From: Candidatus Omnitrophota bacterium
GTDB taxonomy: Bacteria; Omnitrophota; Gorgyraeia; JAHJTE01
Reading direction: 5' to 3'
DNA: 64,000 nt
NCBI GenBank assembly: GCA_018830005.1
Contig: JAHJTE010000001.1
Location: 513,332-577,331, forward strand
In this document: piece by piece, positions 16,561-26,655 of the stretch
Layout of the letters: each line of letters opens with the position of its first letter
Numbering within the stretch: the stretch's first letter is position 1
Translations under genes and position numbers: made by a program
The notes under the pieces: generated by a model
What the model saw: the letters and a program-made list of their open reading frames with translations, nothing else
Told to the model about the DNA's origin: nothing
The model's database searches: none

Positions 16561-19242
16561 TTAGTGCCTGAAAGATAAGCCCTTAGCTGGCCCTGGTTCA
16601 GGGAAGAAAGAAGTAGGGGTTATAAATATTTCCACAAAATTATCATTGAAATATTTATTTAAGATATTCTTAACCTTTTTAGTCGTGATTGAATTTAAGC
16701 GGCTTTCATAATCCTTATAATTTAAGAATCCCAAGCCATATAATTCGTCTAATATCGCATGCCAAGAAAGCGCAGCGTTGGCTTCCAGAGAGATTTTCAT
16801 CTTTCCGGTCAGGCTTCTTTTGGCGCGTTCTAGCTCTTCTTCGTCTATACCTTTCTTTTTTAGGGAGTTGATTTCCTGCCAGATTTTTTCTTGCGCTTTT
16901 TTTAGATTTTCGCTTGTCGTTGCCACATAAAAGAGGAAGTGTCCAGCCTCCAGAAGATTTGCATTGTCCGCGCTTAAGGCATAGGCAATACCGAGTTCCT
17001 CTCTAATATTCCTAAACAGCCTGCCATCAAGCCCAGAAAGAACTTCAGAAATAATATCCAGTACATACCTGTCAGGATTTTTCAGGCTGCAGGTAGGAAA
17101 TCCAATCAAAAACAACGACTGTTCCTTCTCTAGTATATCAAAATTAGTGATGCTGTTTTTAAGCGGCATTATTCTTTCTTTAGCAGTAAAAGATACGACT
17201 TTATTGTCTAGATTGGCAAAAAGATTTTTTATAAGTTTCAATGTGCGCTGATTATCGATATCGCCAAAGACACTAATAACTATGTTTGGTTTTCTTATAT
17301 GTTGTTTATAGAAGTCTAGAATGCTTTTTCGATTCAAGCTTGCTATTGAATCTTGCGTTCCCAACGCGTTCATGGAATATGGATGGTCTTGATATATTTC
17401 TTTTTTTAAAAGGAGCGAGCCCCTGGTAAATATATCTTCTCTCTGTCTTTTTAACTGTGCTAAGTTGAGATTTTTCTCTTTATCTATTTCTACAGCGTCA
17501 AAGGCAGGGGAGAGGATTATTTCAGAAACAAGCTTTAATGTACTTTCAGTATTTTCCTTGAGTACCTCAATTGAGATGCCAAATGAATTATTGCCGGAGA
17601 AGGAGCTGATATTACCACCCCAGGATTCCATTAATCTTGATATTTCAAATGCGCTTTTTGTCTTTGTGCCTTTGAGCAGGAGCTTGGAAGTAAGATCGGA
17701 AATACCATTATTTTTATTATTCTCTGCTAAGAGTCCGCCCAGGAAAGCTACTCTGATGTTTACTATTGGCAGGCGATCATCTTCTAACAATAGGATTCTT
17801 AGGCCGCCGTCTAATTCAATTCTTTTTATTTCTTGTTTTTCTGTTGCTGATTTTGGAATAGTTTTTTCGCATTTTTCTTTGTCTTGAGGTATAACACGGA
17901 GGAAGCTAAGGGAGGAGGAATTTAGATATTTTAGAGCTGCATTGCGAACCTCAAGACTCGTTATGTTTTCAATCTTTCTAATGTATTCCTCGTCGAAATC
18001 AGGGTCGCCTAAGGTTGCTTCATTATGTGCACTTGATGTGGCAAGATTCTCACAAGCCGCAAGTCGAAACAATAAACCGCTTTTGATAGATTGTTTTGCC
18101 CTGATTAATTCTTCTTTATTTACCTCAAACTCTTTGATATTTTCTATTTCTTTTAGAATTTCATCGTATGCCTTGTCTTGGTTTTCCGGCTCGCTTGTAA
18201 ATGTTATGACAAATAGTCCCGGATCTTTTGGCGTATAATTTAATGCATCTATTGAGTAAACAAGTTTCTTTTCTTCTTTCAGGTTTTGATTTAGACGCGA
18301 ACTTGTTCCTTCGCCCAGGATCGAGGCCAATAAATCAAGGGCATAGAGATCTTTTTCATGGATGCTCACAGAACGAAAGCCTAAGGCAGCATAACCAAAA
18401 GTTGTTGCTTTCAAATCTTTTAGGACTTGCCGCATGGTGTTCTGTTGCGGTTCGACGATATCGTACTTAGACTGTATTGGGCCCATTTCATCTTTGCCAA
18501 ATAGATCCTGGATTCTATTTTTAATTTGTTTTCTGTCAAAGCTTCCTGAAATACTTATAATCAAATTTTGCGGCACATAAGTTTGTTTGTAGAATTTTCT
18601 TAGATTCGCCAGTGTTAGTCTCTTTAATAGATTTTCATAGCCTATAATTGGATAGCGATAAGGATGGTTGTTGAATGTCGTCTGCAGCAGTAGATTCCAT
18701 AATAATTTATGGGGATTGTCTTTGCCTAAGTTAATTTCCTTTAATACGACTTGTTTTTCTTTCTCTAAATCTTCTTGCTGAAATTGAGCCTTCATCAAGA
18801 ATTGATAGAATAGCTCTAAGGCAGCTAGTAAATTTTCTTTTGGCAGGCTGATCTGGTAACTTGTCCAGTCATAGGAGGTTGAACCGTTTATTGTACCGCC
18901 CAGAAGGCTCACCTGTTTGGCTATTTCACTTTTAGGATTTTCAGGATCATCTTTAAAGAGCATGTGCTCGCAAAGATGGGCTATACCGCTACCTAAGAAC
19001 CTTGCTTCTCTTGCGCTACCGGATTTGATCAAGGCTACGATACAGGCGATTTCAGAGGAAGGCAGTTCCTTAAGAAGAATGGTTAGACCATTATCCAGAA
19101 TGATTTTTTCTGTCTTGTTTGTTGGAAGTTCTGAGGTTAAATTGGTAGTATCGGCCCTTGATTCTTGGAGTAGAGGTAGAACTATTAGAGATAGGAGGCT
19201 TAATATGGTTATGATTTTGATTGTGGTCTTTAGTTTATTCAT
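16561..19242 (-). CDS. Secreted M16-family (insulinase/pitrilysin-like) zinc peptidase with two M16 modules
   Basis: The HxxEH zinc motif (HLCEHMLFK) is present. The duplicated active/inactive M16 domain architecture is present. A signal peptide follows Met at aa 31 (MNKLKTTIKIITILSLLSLIV). The start is trimmed from the track's 19332. Confidence 0.75.
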   Translation of the reverse strand: MNKLKTTIKIITILSLLSLIVLPLLQESRADTTNLTSELPTNKTEKIILDNGLTILLKELPSSEIACIVALIKSGSAREARFLGSGIAHLCEHMLFKDDPENPKSEIAKQVSLLGGTINGSTSYDWTSYQISLPKENLLAALELFYQFLMKAQFQQEDLEKEKQVVLKEINLGKDNPHKLLWNLLLQTTFNNHPYRYPIIGYENLLKRLTLANLRKFYKQTYVPQNLIISISGSFDRKQIKNRIQDLFGKDEMGPIQSKYDIVEPQQNTMRQVLKDLKATTFGYAALGFRSVSIHEKDLYALDLLASILGEGTSSRLNQNLKEEKKLVYSIDALNYTPKDPGLFVITFTSEPENQDKAYDEILKEIENIKEFEVNKEELIRAKQSIKSGLLFRLAACENLATSSAHNEATLGDPDFDEEYIRKIENITSLEVRNAALKYLNSSSLSFLRVIPQDKEKCEKTIPKSATEKQEIKRIELDGGLRILLLEDDRLPIVNIRVAFLGGLLAENNKNNGISDLTSKLLLKGTKTKSAFEISRLMESWGGNISSFSGNNSFGISIEVLKENTESTLKLVSEIILSPAFDAVEIDKEKNLNLAQLKRQREDIFTRGSLLLKKEIYQDHPYSMNALGTQDSIASLNRKSILDFYKQHIRKPNIVISVFGDIDNQRTLKLIKNLFANLDNKVVSFTAKERIMPLKNSITNFDILEKEQSLFLIGFPTCSLKNPDRYVLDIISEVLSGLDGRLFRNIREELGIAYALSADNANLLEAGHFLFYVATTSENLKKAQEKIWQEINSLKKKGIDEEELERAKRSLTGKMKISLEANAALSWHAILDELYGLGFLNYKDYESRLNSITTKKVKNILNKYFNDNFVEIFITPTSFFPEPGPAKGLSFRH

Positions 19243-19429
19243 ATAGATATGTATATACTTTTTTGCTTCCTTTGTCAATGAATACATAAAAAATAGTTTA
19301 ATTAAAAATTCGAAATGCTCATTGACATACATTTTTTTGTATGCTAAATTAAAAAAAAGGACATATATCAGTATTTATGGCGAAAAGCTCGCCTGTAAGA
19401 GATGTTGTTTTATTAACCAGGAGGTAGAT

Positions 19430-20107
19430 ATGCAGTGGCAAGGTGTTTTTATTGAGCCAGTAAAAGGGATGCTGACTCAGATCGGCGGATTCCTGACTTC
19501 GTTTTTCTATACAGTTCTAATACTTTTGGTTGGTTGGCTCATCGCTAGGTTGATTAAGAATGTTGTAATTAAACTATTGAAGGTTGTTAGATTGGATGTG
19601 GCAGCAGAACAAGTGGGGGTTAATAAGTTTCTTGCCAAGGGAGGCATAGGCTCTTCATTGTCAGAGTTGGTAGGATTACTTTGTTATTGGCTGGCGCTTC
19701 TGATTATTGTTGTGGTAGCTATCAATGCTATGGGTTTAGATGTAGCTGCAGATCTCCTGAATCGCATTGTTCTCTATGTTCCTAACGTGATTATAAGTAT
19801 ATTCATTCTTGTTTTGGGGATGTTTTTAGCTACTTTCTTAGGTAAGACAATAACCACGGCTGCTTCCAATACTGGAGTACAACAACCGCAACTTCTCGGC
19901 AGAATTGTAGAAATGATTGTTATAATATTTTCTATAATTATTGTCTTAGAGCAATTGCAGATTGGGGCTAACGTATTCACTTGGATTGTTATCATAACTC
20001 TTTCTTCTTTAGGTTTGGGTTTTGCTATTGCCTTTGGTTTAGGCTGTAAGGATATCGTAGGGAAATTAGTTACTGAGGCGATTGAGAAGCTAAAGTCAAA
20101 GAGGTAA
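19430..20107 (+). CDS. Membrane protein with repeated conserved TM-helix modules (mechanosensitive-channel-associated 'TM_helix' family)
   Basis: RBS AGGAGG precedes ATG 19430. It has four hydrophobic repeats. Confidence 0.45.
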   Translation: MQWQGVFIEPVKGMLTQIGGFLTSFFYTVLILLVGWLIARLIKNVVIKLLKVVRLDVAAEQVGVNKFLAKGGIGSSLSELVGLLCYWLALLIIVVVAINAMGLDVAADLLNRIVLYVPNVIISIFILVLGMFLATFLGKTITTAASNTGVQQPQLLGRIVEMIVIIFSIIIVLEQLQIGANVFTWIVIITLSSLGLGFAIAFGLGCKDIVGKLVTEAIEKLKSKR

Positions 20108-20121
20108 TATTTTTCGTGGAG

Positions 20122-20168
20122 TTTATAAGCCCTCGGCTAAGGAAATAGCTGGGGGCTTATTTTTTTTG
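20122..20168 (+). terminator. Rho-independent terminator-like hairpin + T9
   Basis: ATAAGCCCTCGGCT...AGCTGGGGGCTTAT is followed by TTTTTTTT. Confidence 0.5.
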
Positions 20169-20210
20169 CCTCTTGCAATTTCAAACTATGTATATTACAA
20201 TAAAATAGTT

Positions 20211-20606
20211 ATGAATTATAAAATTCTAATAGCTGAAGATGAAGCTGATGCTCTAGGAGTATTAAGCAAGCACTTAAAAGATGCAGGTTATGATATTGTT
20301 ACTGCAACTGATGGCGAAGATGCCTTAAATAAGATAAAGGATACTAGCCCGGATATAATTCTTCTTGATATTAATATGCCAAAGAAGAATGGATTTGAGG
20401 TACTTTGCCAGCTACGCGCTAACCCCCCTTCAGGAAAATGGCAGCCAGTCATCATTATTTCTACAAAAAATGAGTTTGACAGTTTGCGTAAAGGTTACGA
20501 ATTAGATGCAGACTACTATATTACCAAGCCTTTTACTTTAGAAAATGTCTCCGATGCTGTCAAAACCATGATTAGCCTCATCCCAATAAGAAGAAAAGAA
20601 GAGTAG
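20211..20606 (+). CDS. Stand-alone response-regulator receiver (CheY-like) protein
   Basis: Motifs: ILIAEDE...DIILLDINMPKKNGFEV...YITKPF. Confidence 0.8.
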   Translation: MNYKILIAEDEADALGVLSKHLKDAGYDIVTATDGEDALNKIKDTSPDIILLDINMPKKNGFEVLCQLRANPPSGKWQPVIIISTKNEFDSLRKGYELDADYYITKPFTLENVSDAVKTMISLIPIRRKEE

Positions 20607-20628
20607 CGCCAGAAGCTTTTTAGTTACT

Positions 20629-21270
20629 ATGTATAGCATTCTTTATGAAGATAGTTCCCTACTTGTGATTAACAAGCCCCCCTGTATGTTAGTAATCCCT
20701 GCAAGAAATGAGAGGAAATTGAGTCTGCTTGAACTATTGAACAAAAAGGCCAAGGAGGATAACTTATCCTATCGCTTGCATCCTTGTCATCGTATAGATA
20801 GGGATGCCTCTGGAATTGTTGTATTCGCTAAGGGCAAGAAGAGCCAGGCATTAGTTATGGAGCAATTTAAAAAAAGACAAGTGAGCAAGAGCTATCTTGC
20901 TTTTATAAAAGGAACCTTAGAGCGAAAAAAAGGAACACTCATAGATTTTATCCAAGCAATTCCAAAGAAATCTAAAAGAAGGGCCTTGTTGCATTATAAG
21001 GTAGTAGAAGAGAGAAATGGCTGGAGCCTAGTAAATGTGCAGTCCCTAACAGGTAGGACTAATCAGATTAGAATACAGTTTGCCAATGTCGGCCACCCTC
21101 TTTTGGGTGAACGCCTATATGCTTTTGGCAGAGATTTTAATGTTAAATTTAGACGTCTTGGGTTGCACGCACGCGGCATCTCTTTTCGCCATCCTAAAGA
21201 TAGGCGAACAATTTCCCTGCATTGTCCCTTGCCTTCTGACATGAAGAAATTCCTAGATTCACATGATTAA
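20629..21270 (+). CDS. RluA-family pseudouridine synthase
   Basis: It has the HRIDRDASGIVVFAK catalytic Asp motif. Confidence 0.8.
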   Translation: MYSILYEDSSLLVINKPPCMLVIPARNERKLSLLELLNKKAKEDNLSYRLHPCHRIDRDASGIVVFAKGKKSQALVMEQFKKRQVSKSYLAFIKGTLERKKGTLIDFIQAIPKKSKRRALLHYKVVEERNGWSLVNVQSLTGRTNQIRIQFANVGHPLLGERLYAFGRDFNVKFRRLGLHARGISFRHPKDRRTISLHCPLPSDMKKFLDSHD

Positions 21271-21293
21271 TTACAGCCGTATGGTTTTCTAGT

Positions 21294-23144
21294 ATGAAAC
21301 CAAGCCAAGATAAATTAAATACGCTTCTCTCGCTTATAGAGAAAAAAGAAAATTGTGTATTACTCTGGACTGATTTAAGAGATAGAGAGAATCAGCGCAG
21401 TCTGCTTTTTACTGATCCGCAGGATTTGATAATTGCCAGGAGATTAGAAGATGTAGAGAGTTGCTTTGATAAGATCCAGAGCTATCTGCGTCAGGGATTA
21501 CATATTGCCGGCTATCTTTCTTATGAAGCTAGTTTTGCCTTTGAGGAAAGATTTAAAGGATTGGATACATCAGATAGCGTCTTGATGTGGTTTGGCGTAT
21601 ATCGAAAGCCAAAGATAATACAATTTGATAATTGTAGCCTTAGATTAAGAGAAGATTTTCCTAAGACGCTCAATGGAAAGTTTACCTTACAGCCTTTAGG
21701 TTTTAGCACTACAAAGAACGAGTATAAGGCAGCTATCAGCAAGATTAAGTCCTACATAGCAGGTGGGCATACCTACCAGGTAAACTACACCATAAAAAAA
21801 TATTTTAGATTTAGTGGTTCTGTCTATAACTTATTCCTACAATTATGCAGGAATCAAAAGGTGTCTTATGCAGCTTTTATAAAAAATAACGCTGAATACA
21901 TTCTTTCGCTCTCACCTGAGCTTTTCTTCAGTTGCAAAAGACAGAAAATGACCGTAAGGCCCATGAAAGGCACCATTAATAGGGGTAAGGATGCATCGAG
22001 AGATTGTGCTAATGCCTTTAGCTTGAAAAATTCTTATAAAGACCGCGCTGAGAATATAATGATTGTGGATTTGTTGCGTAATGACTTAGGTCGTGTTTCT
22101 AAAACAGGAAGTGTTAATACAACTAGCATTTTTGACATCCAGAAACTTAATACTTTGTGGCAGATGACATCCACGGTTAAGTCTCATCTTGAATCTGGGT
22201 TAAGTTGGCTTGAGGTTTTTAGGAATATTTTTCCTTCTGGTTCTGTTACAGGAGCGCCTAAAATCAGAACAATGGAAATTATCCATAAGCTTGAGAGTAC
22301 TTTTCGTGGTGTTTATACAGGTTCTATAGGCTATATTGCTCCAGGCAAAGAAGCAGTGTTTAATGTAGCAATCAGGACCCTGCGCATTGACCGAAGGAAC
22401 AAACTAGCTGATTTAGGAATAGGAAGCGGCATTATCTGGGATTCAAAACCAGAGAGGGAATGGCAGGAGTGCCTGTTAAAGGCTGATTTTCTAAAGGAAG
22501 ATTCTCTTGATTTTCAATTAATTGAGACAATGGTTTTAAGGCAGGGTGAAATTGCTTTATTGGAATATCACTTAGAAAGACTTGAGGAATCAACTTTGTA
22601 TTTTGATTTTTGCTTTAAGCCCGAAAAGATTTTATACCAGATAAAAAGATTTATAAAAAAATTAAAAAGAGATAGGAATTATAAGTTGCGACTTCTACTT
22701 TTTAGAGATGGCTATATTAGTCTTACCAGCCAGGATTTGACCAATTTAGGGTCTCGGCCACAAAGGATAATCTTTTCTCGCAAATATACTAATTCCGGAG
22801 ATTCTTTTCTTTTTCATAAGACAACCAAGAGGGCCCTCTATAATAGCGAGCATGCCCAGTATCGAAAGAAGGGATATTTCGATTGTATTTTTAAAAATGA
22901 AAAGGGTGAGATTACAGAAGGCGCAATATCCAATATTTTCATTGAGAAAGATTCAAAAATTTATACGCCAGCTTTGTCTTGCGGATTATTAAATGGTGTT
23001 TACAGGCGTTATCTTTTTGCAACCGCAAAGAGCCTCTTAAGTGAATGTGTATTACATGAGGCTGATATTTATTCTGCTGATAATATATATCTAACTAATG
23101 CAATTTATGGTATAATAAAAATTCAACCAATGAAAAGAAAATAA
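21294..23144 (+). CDS. pabB: Aminodeoxychorismate synthase component I fused to aminodeoxychorismate lyase (PabB-PabC fusion)
   Basis: The N-terminal region has chorismate-binding motifs (SPELFF, PMKGTINRG, GAPKIRTMEII). The C-terminal ~230 aa are class-IV aminotransferase/ADC-lyase-like. Confidence 0.7.
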   Translation: MKPSQDKLNTLLSLIEKKENCVLLWTDLRDRENQRSLLFTDPQDLIIARRLEDVESCFDKIQSYLRQGLHIAGYLSYEASFAFEERFKGLDTSDSVLMWFGVYRKPKIIQFDNCSLRLREDFPKTLNGKFTLQPLGFSTTKNEYKAAISKIKSYIAGGHTYQVNYTIKKYFRFSGSVYNLFLQLCRNQKVSYAAFIKNNAEYILSLSPELFFSCKRQKMTVRPMKGTINRGKDASRDCANAFSLKNSYKDRAENIMIVDLLRNDLGRVSKTGSVNTTSIFDIQKLNTLWQMTSTVKSHLESGLSWLEVFRNIFPSGSVTGAPKIRTMEIIHKLESTFRGVYTGSIGYIAPGKEAVFNVAIRTLRIDRRNKLADLGIGSGIIWDSKPEREWQECLLKADFLKEDSLDFQLIETMVLRQGEIALLEYHLERLEESTLYFDFCFKPEKILYQIKRFIKKLKRDRNYKLRLLLFRDGYISLTSQDLTNLGSRPQRIIFSRKYTNSGDSFLFHKTTKRALYNSEHAQYRKKGYFDCIFKNEKGEITEGAISNIFIEKDSKIYTPALSCGLLNGVYRRYLFATAKSLLSECVLHEADIYSADNIYLTNAIYGIIKIQPMKRK

Positions 23145-23148
23145 AAAT

Positions 23149-23949
23149 ATGATGAGAGGATACATTAAAGCTTTATTGATTCTTTTGGTTTTTCCCTTAC
23201 TTTCTTCTTGCGTAGCCCTTCCGACATACGAAAAGGTCAGTACCATACCTAGATTGCCAAAGGGAGAAGAGCCCGCAGGATATCGTTCCACAATTACTCA
23301 TGAAGTTGGTCCGGGTGAGACGACTTGGCGTATTAGCAAGATGTACGATGTCGATATTGAAGATATCGCCCGAGCCAATAATCTGCGCGATGCCTCAAAA
23401 TTAGAGATGGGCCAGAGGATTATCGTTCCTAATGCTGCGCCAATGTCTGCATTTATTCCTTTATATCCTAGCCGGAAATGGAAATATATTATAGTGCATC
23501 ATAGTGCTACAGAGATAGGCAACGCCCTTACTTTGTACAGAGGCCATAAGCGTCGCGGTTTTATCAACGGTCTTGGGTATCACTTTTTGATTGATAATGG
23601 CACAGCGGGAAAATCAGATGGCCAGATTGAAATTTCCCCTCGCTGGATTAAACAACAAAAAGGAGCTCATTGCAAGGTCGCTAACATGAATAGCGAAGGA
23701 ATAGGCATATGTCTTGTGGGGAACTTAAGTAAACGAAGGCCGACAGAAAAACAGATGGAGTCTTTAATCGCACTTATTAATACATTGAAGAGACGTTATC
23801 GTATCCCCGTAAGGAATATTTTAGGCCATGGCCAGGTTAAGGGTGCTAGGACAGAATGCCCTGGTAAGCTTTTTCCCTGGAAGATATTTTACGATGGCTT
23901 AAAGAGGAATAATAAAGAACTAAAGTCTGTAAAAGGGGAAGTGGGATGA
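23149..23949 (+). CDS. Lipoprotein with LysM domain + N-acetylmuramoyl-L-alanine amidase (amidase_2/AmpD-PGRP fold)
   Basis: It has a lipobox LLSSC, a LysM segment (ETTWRISKMYDVDIEDIARANNL) and amidase_2 motifs (IVHHSAT, GYHFLIDNG, ECPG). Confidence 0.75.
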   Translation: MMRGYIKALLILLVFPLLSSCVALPTYEKVSTIPRLPKGEEPAGYRSTITHEVGPGETTWRISKMYDVDIEDIARANNLRDASKLEMGQRIIVPNAAPMSAFIPLYPSRKWKYIIVHHSATEIGNALTLYRGHKRRGFINGLGYHFLIDNGTAGKSDGQIEISPRWIKQQKGAHCKVANMNSEGIGICLVGNLSKRRPTEKQMESLIALINTLKRRYRIPVRNILGHGQVKGARTECPGKLFPWKIFYDGLKRNNKELKSVKGEVG

Positions 23950-24031
23950 TCCCGGGCCTTGTTTTTATAAAAAGGCATCTAAACAGATTGAGGACCTTTT
24001 TTTAGATTCTTCTTTAGATTTTAATATTTAG

Positions 24032-24062
24032 TTGCATAAGTTTTAATCTTTGGTATAATATT
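24032..24062 (+). promoter_or_regulatory. Sigma70-like promoter (TTGCAT-16-TATAAT)
   Basis: Near-consensus hexamers lie upstream of the 55-aa ORF. Confidence 0.5.
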
Positions 24063-24148
24063 TGCAGACAGTAAAGTAAATCTAGACTAATTTTCATTCC
24101 CCTCTTTGCTTTATGCGAAGCAGCGGGGGTCATTAAAGGAGGCTTCTC

Positions 24149-24316
24149 ATGCAGGAAATGGAATTTTTTGACGTAAAAAGTAAGAATAAATTTAAGGCAT
24201 CTGAATATCGCCTGGTGCAAAAAGGCGGAAGGAATTTTGTTGTCGCTAAATCGCCTTCAGGCACTCACGAATGCTGGAGAGTTGTAAGCAAAGATACAGC
24301 AGCAAAGCTTAAGTAG
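24149..24316 (+). CDS. Small basic protein (55 aa), hypothetical
   Basis: RBS AAAGGAGG precedes the ORF. It has its own promoter and a downstream terminator. The product is MQEMEFFDVKSKNKFKASEYRLVQKGGRNFVVAKSPSGTHECWRVVSKDTAAKLK. Confidence 0.45.
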   Translation: MQEMEFFDVKSKNKFKASEYRLVQKGGRNFVVAKSPSGTHECWRVVSKDTAAKLK

Positions 24317-24336
24317 CAGAGTTTTTTTCTTATTGT

Positions 24337-24390
24337 AAGAGGCAAGGTCATCGCAATAATTATGCGCAACTTGCCTCTTTTTGTTAGATG
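24337..24390 (+). terminator. Rho-independent terminator (GAGGCAAG...CTTGCCTC + T5)
   Basis: An 8-bp stem and a T-run follow the small ORF. Confidence 0.6.
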
Positions 24391-24422
24391 AGAAGTCTTC
24401 TTAATAAGGAAAGATAGAGATA

Positions 24423-25232
24423 ATGGACCAAACTAAATCTAGACTAATAACAAGCGTTTTTAATCCCCATATTAAATCTTTGATTAAATTACGCCAAGCT
24501 AGTTCAAGAAAGAGGTTGCATCTTATGCTTGTTGATGGGATAAGAGAGATCAAACTCCTTAAGAAAGGTAATATAAAGATTAATGAAATCTATTATTGTG
24601 AGGATTTTTTGAGAGATAGGGATTTGTTAGAAAGTTTATCCTGCAAGAATACCTTTAGGGTTAATTCTACTGTTTTTTCTAAAATTGCTTTTGGCGATAG
24701 GAAAGAAGGAATCGTTGTAGTAGCAGAGCAGCCAAAGAAGAATTTAGAGGACTTAGAGTTTAATGAGCAGTCTGTATTTGTAGTAGTTGAGGCTATAGAA
24801 AAACCCGGCAATCTAGGTGCGATTATCCGCACCTGTGAGGCAGCAGGTGTGGCTGGTTTAATCGTGACCGAAGGAAAAACCGATATATACAACCCTAATG
24901 TTATCCGGGCAAGTCTTGGTACTTGTTTTTCTTTACCCCTAGTTGAGGCGACAAGAGAAGAAACGCTTTCTTGGCTTAAATCAGGCAGGATAAGAATTAT
25001 CTCTTCAGTTCCTGATTCTAAAATTTCCTATTGGCAGGTTAATTTTAAGCTTCCTTGCGCAATCGTTTTTGGCAGCGAAGACAAAGGGGTCAGTGCGGCC
25101 TTCCTAAGCTTAAGTGAATCTAAAATTACTATACCGATGCAAGGTGATGTTGATTCTCTTAATGTCTCAACTTCAGTAGCAATTGTTGTTTACGAACTAT
25201 TACGGCAGCGAAACATAAGCAAAATTAGATGA
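24423..25232 (+). CDS. TrmH/SpoU-family RNA 2'-O-methyltransferase
   Basis: It has SpoU-MTase motifs (VVVEAIEKPGNLGAIIRTCEAAGV, IVFGSEDKGVS, NVSTSVAIVVYE). Confidence 0.8.
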   Translation: MDQTKSRLITSVFNPHIKSLIKLRQASSRKRLHLMLVDGIREIKLLKKGNIKINEIYYCEDFLRDRDLLESLSCKNTFRVNSTVFSKIAFGDRKEGIVVVAEQPKKNLEDLEFNEQSVFVVVEAIEKPGNLGAIIRTCEAAGVAGLIVTEGKTDIYNPNVIRASLGTCFSLPLVEATREETLSWLKSGRIRIISSVPDSKISYWQVNFKLPCAIVFGSEDKGVSAAFLSLSESKITIPMQGDVDSLNVSTSVAIVVYELLRQRNISKIR

Positions 25233-25936
25233 GACTACAAGTATTCCTTTCTCATAGCGGCACATGTTCTAGAAGGGCCGCTGTTAATTTAATCAGAACA
25301 GGCAGAGTCAGCGTAAATAAGCAGCCTATTTATGAGGCGTCTTATGCTGTTGATCCGGATAAGGATCGTATTTTTCTTGATGGTCGGAGTATTTCTCTTA
25401 AGAAAAAGGTTTATATTTTATTTAATAAACCAAAGGGAGTTGTTACAACGCGCCAAGATAAACATGCAAAGGTAACAGTATATGAGCATATCCCGAAGGA
25501 CCTGTATTATCTTTATCCTGTTGGCCGGCTAGATAAGGATAGTCAAGGACTACTTATCTTTACTAATGATGGAGAATTTGCTCATAGATTGATGCATCCT
25601 AGATTTGGGGTTAAAAAGAAGTATCTGCTTCGCATAGATCAGGACTTAAGCAATAAAGATAAAAGTGCCCTAGAGAAGGGGATAATCCTAGATTCTAAAC
25701 GCACAAGCTGTGCGGATATTGTTTTGAAAGACCGGCGTAATTTAACCATATCCATACATGAAGGTAAGAAGCGGCAGATCCGCAGAATGTTTTCTCATTT
25801 AGGTTATAATGTAGTTTTTTTAAAAAGGGTTTCTTATGGTGTCTTGAAGTTAGGTTCACTTCCTGAAGCTAGATGGCGAAACTTAACCAAGAAAGAGACA
25901 GATGCGCTATTTAGATGCGTGGGAATGGCTGTATGA
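25229..25936 (+). CDS. RsuA/RluB-family pseudouridine synthase (S4 domain + catalytic domain)
   Basis: It has an S4-like N-terminus and a VGRLDKDSQGLLIFTNDGE catalytic motif. Confidence 0.8.
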   Translation: MRLQVFLSHSGTCSRRAAVNLIRTGRVSVNKQPIYEASYAVDPDKDRIFLDGRSISLKKKVYILFNKPKGVVTTRQDKHAKVTVYEHIPKDLYYLYPVGRLDKDSQGLLIFTNDGEFAHRLMHPRFGVKKKYLLRIDQDLSNKDKSALEKGIILDSKRTSCADIVLKDRRNLTISIHEGKKRQIRRMFSHLGYNVVFLKRVSYGVLKLGSLPEARWRNLTKKETDALFRCVGMAV

Positions 25937-26655
25937 GTGCTAAGATTCGAATCGGCACCTCAGGATGGCATTATAGCGATTGGAGAGAGAGGTTTTATCC
26001 TAAGACCTTAAATACTAAAGATTGGTTTAAGTTCTACAGTAGATATTTCAATACTGTTGAGATTAATAATACCTTTTATCGACTTCCTTCTAAATCCGTA
26101 TTCAGAAATTGGCATGTCCAGGCAGAGAAAGGTTTTCTCTATAGCATCAAAGCTAATCGTTATATCACCCATATGAAGAAATTAAAAGATGCAGCCAAGA
26201 CCCTAAAGAGGTTTTTTCAGCATGTAAAGCTCCTAAAGGCAAACTTGGGCCCAATTCTATATCAGTTGCCGCCTGGTTGGAGTCTAGATTTAGTGCGTTT
26301 TAGAGATTTCCTCTCAGAATTACCCAAAGGTTATTCGCACGTTTTTGAATTTCGCAACAATACCTGGTTTAAGAAAGAGATCTTTGATCTGATGGCCAAA
26401 CATAATGTTTCTTTTTGCATCCACGATATGCTAGGCGTTGATTGTCCCAGGCTTCTTACCAATGATATTATTTATTTAAGGTTTCATGGAACAGAAGCCA
26501 AGTATCATGGCAGGTATTCTATTTCCGCACTGAAGAAATGGTCTATTTGGGTTAAGAGGCAGAGATCCAGAAGACTTTATGTTTATTTTAATAATGATGT
26601 GAATGCGCATGCGGTTTCCAATGCGCAGGAGTTTAAGAAAATCTTGGCATGTTAG
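25915..26655 (+). CDS. DUF72 (YecE-like) family protein
   Basis: It has the characteristic GTSGWHYSDWRERFYP N-terminus. Confidence 0.7.
   Translation: MRGNGCMSAKIRIGTSGWHYSDWRERFYPKTLNTKDWFKFYSRYFNTVEINNTFYRLPSKSVFRNWHVQAEKGFLYSIKANRYITHMKKLKDAAKTLKRFFQHVKLLKANLGPILYQLPPGWSLDLVRFRDFLSELPKGYSHVFEFRNNTWFKKEIFDLMAKHNVSFCIHDMLGVDCPRLLTNDIIYLRFHGTEAKYHGRYSISALKKWSIWVKRQRSRRLYVYFNNDVNAHAVSNAQEFKKILAC

Noticed and set aside
16689-19246. Plus-strand ORFs (16689.., 17465.., 17942.., 18228.., 18917..) within the minus-strand M16 peptidase gene
   Set aside because: They are antisense to a 900-aa gene with clear HxxEH peptidase motifs. They have no RBS and Ser/Leu-rich, low-complexity products.
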